From: Pavona decussata
Lineage: Eukaryota
Direction of reading: 5' to 3'
Assembly: GCA_977016875.1 (NCBI GenBank)
Contig: CDRNST010000038.1
Coordinates: 3,100,001-3,164,000 of the forward strand
Length of the DNA stretch: 64,000 nt
The notes under the pieces are model-generated. The model was not told where the DNA came from, did no database searches, and saw nothing but the letters and a program-made list of their open reading frames with translations. Positions 55,072 to 64,000 of the stretch are shown here, one piece after another; the first letter of the stretch is position 1; each line of letters opens with the position of its first letter. Both the position numbers and the translations under genes were made by a program.

Positions 55072-58000
55072 TCATGACTTTCGCTCCTCGAGGATGTTTA
55101 GAATTTCTTTGCATTTTTCTTGTGCTGTTTCCAAGGAGGACTCCGCTTCTTCTAGAACCTGTCAAGATTATGGTAACAATAGTCAGTTTAATTCACGGCA
55201 GCCGTGACCCAATGCTTCTTTAGATTGTTTTAAAAAGAGCAGTTTTCAATCGAGTGTCGAAGTAATTACACAGGCCAATCACAACAGACGCAAACAGCGC
55301 AATGAACCAATCAGAATTGGGTGCAAATGCATATGACGGGTGTCAAGAGCGGGAAAACGCGTGCGAGCAAGTCACCATTGGTTTTGGCTTTCCTTCTCAT
55401 TGGTCGAAAAAATGGTGCACATTTTTCTAACCAATCACAGAGCGTAGTAAAGGAAAACCAAAGCAAACACGAAATTACTTTCGACACTGAATTAAAAACT
55501 CGTGTTCAATGCATTATTGGTATTGGGTTGTTTGGCCGACGTTCTTCTTTACCAACCTGTTTGCTAAATGATTCATCAGTAATGTCCTTCAAGTTGATCT
55601 TTACGTTATAGAAAGCTCCCCATACTGCTGTCTCCAGACTGCGAGCGCCAACCTTCAACACAAGAGAAAATTAAACCTTTAACTCTTCGCTCCAGAAACA
55701 CACTTGGCAGATTATTTTTTCAAGTGCGACGTGAATCAACTCAACAAAAAGGCAAGGTTTACTTGCCTTCGCAAATTCGATTCTAATGCCCTACCTGCAG
55801 ATCAGATTTGCTGTTCATGTTTCCAACTTTCGCTAGCTCCACCATTGGACTCCAGACCTTGGTGGCTGTTTTTATGACGTTGAGAGGAACTTGTACAGCG
55901 TCCTTGAGTCCGTCTTGTAAAGCTTTCTCACGACTGGTATCAGCGCCGTGATCGGATTCAGTGAAAAAGGACAAAATGCAGGGATCAGAGTTTAATCTAA
56001 CGTGCAGTATTTCGGGATTGCCGAACCTGTATTAAGGACGGTGCCTACTTTTGTTACTGCGCATACGTTCTGCGCATCTCGAGATACTCGGGTTTCCTAT
56101 CGGTGGTGCCTACTAATACAGGAAATTTTTCGCGCGGTTTAAAACTATGAGGAGAAAGCAAAACTTAGCAAGTGCTCTTGGTATCTACAAAGAAAATTTG
56201 GGGTAACCATGCATTTTTCAGTGATAATAACCCTTCAATATGGAATAAAAATTCCATACACTGCTTTGTATTTTACTGCTTTTTTGGTTCATTATTGCTT
56301 TATTATCTCTGAAAAATGCGTGATTACCTCCAATTCTCTTTTTGGATTCCAAATGCCCTGACTAAAATCTGCTTTCCCCGCATAGTGATAAACCGCAAAA
56401 AAATACTTCAATCTGTATTAGTAGGCACCGTCCTTAAGCGGTCACCCTTTATTAAGCGGTCAGTTGTCAAAGTCCAGAATTTACGTCCTTTAATTGCTGT
56501 AATTTAGACCTCTATTAAACGGCCAGCTCTGTTAAGCGGTCGCGGTCGCGGTAGCCCTTTAGTAAGTCCCAACGAGCTATTTCTATTGTCTTGACCTATT
56601 TTAAACGGTCACTTTGTAAAAGGAAACTCCTCAAACAGCAGTGACGAATAGCTGCCAGGATCTTAGCGTTAATGTTTTTCATTCGGTAGTCCGTTTCTAT
56701 ACCATGTTCTCCTTTGTTATATAGTTCTTGTAACTCATTCTCTTAGTTCTTTTTATTTTAAATGTCTTCATTTTCGGTTCCTCACCTGTTATTAATTTCA
56801 AAACATTATTACGTAACATAGAGGCCGACAAGAAAATCGGATGGTTATATCGGCCTCCATCCTCAATCACTTCTTCCAAATTATTCAAAGCACTTTACCA
56901 GATTTTACTTCACAAGAATGTAACTAATATTTTTTCTAATTAGCCATGAGGAAATAAAGGTTGTTGCTGCTGTTGTTGTTATACCATTTTACCGTCTACC
57001 GCAGTCTTCGGACTGCGAGGTGTTCTTTTCAATAAACGATTTTACTACTACTTCCTTAACCAAGAAAGTGATTTTGTGAACGTTTTTGAGCATAAACTGT
57101 ATTTTAAGTTTTTTTAAGTTATCAAATGTGAAATGAAATGGCGTTTTTATTCTGTTTGATGTGTATTCTGTGCAACCTGTATATAAATCGATGCGCAACA
57201 TTTGGAGGGCGTAAAACGCGACGCTAAACGCTTACCAAGGAAGGCTATGTTCCTGTTACAAGGAGGTTTCATAGTTGAATACATGGTGTAAACATGGCTG
57301 AATTATCTTGAAATCTTTCTGTACAACAAACGAAACTGACAACGCTGCACTGCAAATTTTATCGGCTATCCCAACAAGGTATAACATGTTCTTGACCATA
57401 TCTCAGGTTATCAATTTTACACTCCTATTTTCAGTATTAGAAGCTGAAATATCGCGATAAAGGGCCTCTTAAGGGCCTTTGACTGACCGCTACAGTGCCT
57501 CTCCAAGGGGGCACTAAAGGGCCTCTAGACCTGTCCCCTTCAAAAGCTCAATTTTTACTGGACCCTGATAACCTGCAGCCGCATCGATATTTAGGGTTGG
57601 GAACATTGTTCTGTTGTTTTTTCTTTTGCCCTCTTGACTAATGAGCCATATAAGAGGTTGCAAATGGTGCAGGTCCCCCCCCCCCCCCCCCCCTTCACAC
57701 TCCTGCAGGAGTTACGAGCAAAATACAACAACCCGACAGCAAAAGGCAGCTATCAAATCAAGCTACCGATTTTCAAGAATTAAAATGTAATTCTTACATT
57801 TCTCCCTCCTCGGGTGTACCTTTGGGAAGTTTCTTCGCTTCCTGTAAAAGAAGATTTCTGACATGAGCAGTTGTGAAGAGAAGGTTTCCATTGAACATGT
57901 GTGGCAACTTCAGCGTTCGGTTGCTATCCAATTCTGAAATACTTAACGACTATTAAAATATTTTTGCATTAACTGACAGGCCCGTAGCCAGACGAAGACT

Positions 58001-61000
58001 TCTACTAAGGCAGTGCTGAAAAGTCCTAGCATCTAGTTAACTAAATTCCGAATGCCCTAACTATGCCTGAACTTGGAAATTTGTTTCTGAGCCAGCTGCC
58101 GCGGAAACCTCGTTCCTAGGGTCTTTCATCTCCCCACCCCACTCCCTCCGGTGTGGGGAGATGGGAGACCTTGGGAACGAGTTTGCCGCGGTTGCCTCTG
58201 TAGAGGCCGGGCTAAGGACCTGACCAACGCTGAGAGGTAAATTGCTCTTCTGCGTGATGTTGTTGAAGAACTGGTTGTCAACGATCAATATAAATAGAGG
58301 TAAAATTCTTACAGTTTCTATTACAGCGATTTTCAATTTAGTGTCGAATATAATTTCGCGTTTGCTTATTTAGTTTTGCAATACCACGCTCTGTGATTGG
58401 TTAACAAAACTCGCGCCACTTTCTCAACCAATGGGAATCCAAGCCCAAACCAATCGTGTTTTGGCCGCACACGTTTTCCGCGCTTGGCACCAGTTACATG
58501 TCTTTGCTTCCATATCTGATCGGCTCGTTGTGTTGTTTACATCTGTTGAAATTGGCCAGAGTAATTACTTTGGTTTTGGTTTAACGACGCTCAATTGAAA
58601 ACCGCCCTTATTATCCTAAGCTGTAAGTTAATTCAATAGACTACCGCACAAAAATACATGACTTCATTAATAATGTACCATGTATCCACTGAATGCATTG
58701 GTATCAGCGTCAACCATCGGGATAAAGTCCAGCATTGCCTGTCTCAGCGGAGGGATTAGAGACCTCATCTGCGCATCAAGGGCCTCGAATTTTTTGTTTC
58801 CATAAGTAAGCCAGCCGACCATAGTGGCGAGAGCAACACCCTAGGAAAGATAAGGGCGTTAGTTTCTGAAGATACTGCAGTGCTGCGTCGGTGAGGAGGA
58901 GAAACGAATGTTTGGTTTATCAACGGCGTTGATAACTAAAGGTAAATTGGCCACCGTAAAGAGACGTTTCTAGAGGCCTTTAACCTGCAGATGCATTTTT
59001 TTTTTTAGCGTTGGGAGCATTGTTCTGTTGTCGTTCTTTTGTCCTCTCGACCAACCATGTTTACAAGACGTTGTGAAATGGTGCAGGTCGCGCCATTCAT
59101 TCTACAGGCCTGAATACGTACCATTGCCGCAATGGCAGCAGATGCAGATCCCCCTCCAGGGGCAGATGATCGTGATCCAAGACTATAGATGAACTGTCGT
59201 AAAGGCATTGATACAAGAGGCCCATCCTCAGCACTATCTACCAAATACCTGGTTCAGAAAACAGAGGCTCAAAATTTTAGAGATGAGATCAAAACCTTTT
59301 ACGGAGTTGTGCTTGTGTTTCCACAGAATGGGGAGGGTAGGGGAATTACTTCAAAGAGTGGGTTATAAAGGGGGGCTCCATTTCACCCTTGTAGAGCAAA
59401 ATTATAAATTTTAGTATTTCAAAACGTCGCAAATATCAACTGTGAAGTGATCATGAAAGGTCAGCCTTAAAATCCAAGCATTAGGAAGGGTACCAAATAC
59501 AACACAAAGATTACAGTCAGTCTACGACACGCATGACATGACACGCATTTCCGAGAATGAAAAGAACATTCAAATTCCTCTATATATTATGTCCAGCATT
59601 TGAATGGGATCGTGAAGATTTGTGTGAAAATCCTTCCGAAAAAGACGCATAACCTTAAAAAAAATTCAAAATACTTGGGAAACAATAATATAGTTCCTTG
59701 CCGTACGGACAATAAGTTGTAAGTAAGTGAGCTTGTACTTACTCAATAATTCTTGTTTTAGGATCAAAAGGAGTGATAGAGCTCAGGCCTAATCTCTCTA
59801 TTACCTATAATGCAAAGAGAAAAAACATAGAGATTAGCACAGATTAGAGAAAAGTAGCTAATTTAAGTGAAATAGTCATATCAATGGTAGGGGTTGACAC
59901 TACGTGTCTATCTTAAAGAGATGTCTGGATATAAGAAGAATGTCAAGAGACAGACTGAGGTATGAGAGCTGCAAGCTGTGGTAGACAATGTCCAACTTGG
60001 AGAGGTGTGACTCTTAAATGAAAAAAGTTTAAGGAGTGGCTAGATTATGATAAGTTCGGACAGCTCAAGCTTGACATTTTTTTGTTTAAATAAATGACTG
60101 GATCGGAGTGTGACAGATCGGAGTGTGACAGGTTTCCGCACCAAACTCCCATCTTAGAATGTAGTGTCCCTTAGGGAGACATAGACAGTAGCCCCCAAAA
60201 AACCAGGGCTACTACAACTGACACAGGCATACCAAGCGAATCTTCTGATCTTCACTAAGAATGAAAAGATTTTCTTTTTCAATGTAGTAGTTCGCAGCTA
60301 ACAGCATGGCTTCCAGAGGTACAAGACCAACAACCTGTGATCCACAAACTCCAAGCTTTAATTCCTGAAAAAAGGACAGTAAGCTGTTACATTGTTAGAA
60401 CTCACAAACAAACCTCATTTTTAAGTGTAAAACATTGCGATAAAATTGAAAAGTTAAACCATCTTAGTTAAAAGTTTTAAATGCGATGACGTTTCGAAGT
60501 TTCTAATCTGAATGTTAAAGAATTGTTTCTAAATCGAAATTAAAGACATATACCTTTTCAAGCAAGATACAATTTGTCTTCACAGCTAATGTTTCTGCAT
60601 GCATATTTAACAACATTTTCATATTAATAGTTTTATTACCAATATAGGCATTGTTTTTTTCGGTAAAAGCACTTTGGAATATTTTAATTTAAAATCTAAG
60701 CACTGTATAATTTAATTTATTATTATTACAAGGAAACAAGATTGTGGCCAATGGCTTCATGCCCTGGGTCATCAATCTGGATGAAACAAATCCATCCCTA
60801 ACTTTTCTCCGACTCTTGCAGCCCTGTAATCTACAGGTATGTACAAACAAATAAACAGAATTTTTGAGATGCGTACCTTTGCATCCTTAACGCATTCTTC
60901 AAAGGCAGTGTGCATGGATGCCTGGTGGTAATCCAGCAAGTTTAATGACACCTGTGCCAGGTTTGCTTCATCCAAGTACCAACCCATCCCTTGAACTTCT

Positions 61001-63147
61001 GCAAGTCGACCAGGCTACCATTGATAGATACCAAGAAAAGGGAAAAAAAGATACTTTAGAACCACTCTCCTCCCTCAATTGAGTACTACTTGTGCATCTC
61101 AGTATCCGATCCTCAAACCCTATTCCAAATTTCACGTGCTCAATCCTCTCTTAATATTAAAGTGGAGGTATCACGGGGATTTTCACCTTTTATTGTGAAA
61201 ATGGCCGACAACACCTTCACTTAGTTACAAAATAATTCTATTACATCAAGAAAAAGAAATCAACTGAATTCCTGAAACCTGCTCCAGTGCATTTTGGGAA
61301 CGAAAACACGAGAACTTGAAAACAGTTAGCCTAATTTTTTTTTCAAGTTGCAGTCCATTTTAGCCCAGTCCATCTGTGGCCAGAGACATTCATCAGTTGT
61401 CTTAGTACACTGGGGTGATAATTTACAACAAATTTGAGCAATACTTTTAGATTTCTGCTGAAAACAAAACGTTTTGAAGCTTTTGATACAACACCAAATT
61501 CCAAAGACCAAAGTCGACTGACAGTTGGCCAACAGTCAGTGGAGGTGAGCTGTTCTTCACTTTTACCTTTCCCTTTAATAAACGCTGAGTCATGTTGGTG
61601 TTTCCTGGGAAATGCCACCTTCTCAGGGTATCCAGAATCCTCACCGCACACTTATTCAAAAGCAGGTAATTTAGGAGTATTATTAAATAGGAGATTGATT
61701 TCACTATTCCAGTTACAATCATGGACATTAAACTTGTTAAGAAAAATGTGAATTTTGCGCATAATTTCAATCTCCCTTAAGGAAAACACAGCCTGGAGAG
61801 TAGCAAACCTTCACCCCCCCCCCCCCCCCCTCCTAGTCAATATGGCTTTGAGGCGGGGGTGGGTATCACTGTATCACTGTAGCGGTTGAAGTTGTAGATC
61901 AACTAAAAGTTTCTTAACAGTCTTGTCCAAGGTGGTAGTTAAGACTATGTAAATTATAGTATGGAACCAGCTCACATACATGTAGTTCATGCCATAATTA
62001 TCATAATACAATACAGATTTACAATCATAGTAATTACACTGTACCTGGCTGCATTAAAAGAAAGACTTTCAAAATGTTGTCAGTAGTTTAAATTAAATTT
62101 TAATTTATTTTGGCGCCCTGAAGTCATTTGTCTTAAATTCTTTTGTTTTTTAAAGCTTAGATCAATAGTGCAGCAGCTGACAAACTTAGCACCTGGTCTG
62201 GCCCTCTTCCTTGGGTTCTCAGGTTCAGAGCCAGTCTATGCGCTTGTTCCTTTGTGCCTAGAATGTTGATGTTATATGCAATCAAGAACTTTCTAGCTCC
62301 AGCTATTGTAGCTCCCCAAGTGGGAAGAAACTCCGCAGGACCATAATCTGGCTTCCACTCCGGTTTCTTGATCTGTAAAGAAATTATACATAAAATGTGA
62401 CATTTTTCTGAACTTGTTATTTTTGTCATGTCCTCAACAATAACAAAAAATTAGTTACACGATATTGAGTTATAACTGAAGGCTTTTAGGCACAAGAGGC
62501 ATAAAATTAATGACTTCTTTGCCTCAATAATGGTTTGTTATGTTTTCTTGAGCAAAATTAAAACCTTCATAGAAAAATTGCGGCTATTTTCGACACTTAA
62601 GTGAGAGAACAAGAGCTAAAACTTGAGCCAAGAAGACGTGATGTAATTTGCAAACCACTAACATCACATGGAACGAATAATTAGCACCTGGAAACAAAGC
62701 GTTGTCGATTTCTTTGTGTACGCAAGCAAAAATGCATTTTTTTTTTGCATAGTACGTTATTTCTCGAATACAAAACACCAATCAGCGAAGAAAAAATTAC
62801 TGGACAATGTTTTTCAATCGAAATGCAGTTCACATGCAAAAATTCGGACAAATCCCAGCAAAATTGAAAAACAGCCTAAAATTCGACATACAGCTGTAGG
62901 TCGGTTATGCTCTCAGCCCTTCAATTAAATCGATAAACTTAGATGCATATTTAGTTTTTGAGCAAAATGCCTAGACCTACACATTGTATGAGAAATATAC
63001 ATGTACAGTCATGTAAACCATTATTTGCTGAAGATTTAGAACACTGATTTCTAGTAACCTTTTCAGACAGCCCTTCATATTCCCCTGCTCTGATCTGTGG
63101 CACAGCCTTCCTATGTTCTTGGTCTGATGCATAACCATACAGATAGA
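55072..63147 (-). CDS. FTCD: Formimidoyltransferase-cyclodeaminase, last 11 exons (63147-63059, 62372-62193, 61014-60877, 60364-60233, 59804-59743, 59248-59122, 58840-58679, 57841-57798, 55933-55795, 55652-55557, 55158-55072); 5' exons outside the window
   Basis: VYLYG...IRAGEYEGL; WKPDYGP...[17 protein letters not shown]; [10 protein letters not shown]; [10 protein letters not shown]; APGGGSASA; VDADTNAF; [27 protein letters not shown]. All GT-AG junctions are in phase. Confidence 0.96.
56036..56433. mobile_element. MITE with TTAA target duplication (Kolobok-like), nested in an older repeat
   Basis: TTAA|GGACGGTGCCTACT ... AGTAGGCACCGTCC|TTAA; removal restores gaacctgtattaagcggtcaccc, matching the adjacent tattaagcggtc repeats. 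Confidence 0.8.
58106..58184. mobile_element. Tiny hairpin MITE
   Basis: aacctcgttcctagggtctttcatctcccc ... ggggagatgggagaccttgggaacgagttt. Confidence 0.6.
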
Positions 63148-64000
63148 CTGAAAAAAAATATGGTTAAAACAAACTTAACCCCTAAAACCTGTTTCTTAAT
63201 TAAAGAGGGAATTACAAGTATTATGTAGGCATCAGCTCAATCAAAGATGGACACCATAGGAACGAGTGCCACCGAGAGGTGACTGTATTGAAAAGGGTTG
63301 CAGTACAGTTACTGCTACAGATAGAATCAGTTACAGGCTGGAGGGACTAGCTCATAAAAGATATCTGTTGTAGCTCATTTTTTATTTTGCTTTGTTCTGT
63401 ACTCATTATCATACATATATTATTATTATTATGACTAATCATACATAAAAATAAAGAAAAAACAAATTGAAATGAGGGATAAAATTAAACTTAAGCATAT
63501 CCATGTTAAACAGATGTTTGAAAACCAGCTGAGTTTTTTGTTTTTCTTGAGACTTATGAATGTAATAACTAAGTAAATACTTGTGAAGGATTTTTGATTT
63601 TAGTTAAAAAGTGTAAAATTAACTACTTTGTTAATTATTTGTAAACACTAAAATAAAACTTAACGGCCAGGAGTAATTAAAGGATAAAAGTTGAAGGACA
63701 ATTAATTGTATAGGAATGTATACATTTTTCTTTTACTTAAATACATGTACTTCAATATTATTATGACAAACGTTTCAGAAAAAGTACAAACACTTTTAAA
63801 AACAGCAATTGAAAATAAGGCCTAAGGGATTTCTGTAACCAGGAAGGATTTTTGAGGGTGGGTTGATCAGCCCTTTCGGACCAACTCTCAACCAGGAGGG
63901 CCACTCCAACCCCCTCTACCCACCCCCATCACATCCACAACACACCAGAGGACCCTTCTTTGGTTGATCAGGAACTAATATATAATAAGAAATGACAACT

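Noticed and set aside
61155-61780. TTAA-flanked element in an FTCD intron
   Set aside because: The putative terminal inverted repeats do not match well enough to call.

Overview
Eukaryotic, intron-rich animal genomic DNA; the repeat families, single-exon GPCR and TRP gene style suggest a cnidarian such as a stony coral (inference). The first 28 kb is a four-level nest. (1) A ~3.1-kb non-coding tandem unit (2660-3772, resuming 28269-35470) is interrupted by (2) a decayed Gypsy LTR retrotransposon (3773-28264; 148-bp LTRs, TTTG target duplication). Its gag gene is split by (3) a near-complete Polinton/Maverick (adintovirus-like) endogenous virus (4485-23832; AGTAGT...ACTACT ends, AACTAC target duplication), which carries (4) a rearranged Penelope-like retroelement with two hammerhead ribozymes (6004-9093). 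The Polinton encodes protein-primed PolB, integrase+chromodomain, two penton paralogues, a truncated hexon, adenain protease and a packaging ATPase. Its unusual content: PolB appears spliced (83-codon acidic first exon; 896-bp intron holding a 51-bp tandem array), a small ORF has a Bcl-2 BH1-like motif, and there are a candidate myristoylated microprotein, a GRF zinc-finger gene, two more repeat arrays and recurrent Grainyhead-like AAACC(A/G)GTT motifs near promoters and both ends. The rest of the window holds an intact single-exon GPCR, an 8-exon TRPC-like channel with no visible ankyrin repeats (a Crypton tyrosine-recombinase element with a long terminal hairpin lies in intron 4), the last 11 exons of FTCD on the minus strand, and many MITEs/SINEs. 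All calls come from reading the sequence; no searches were run.
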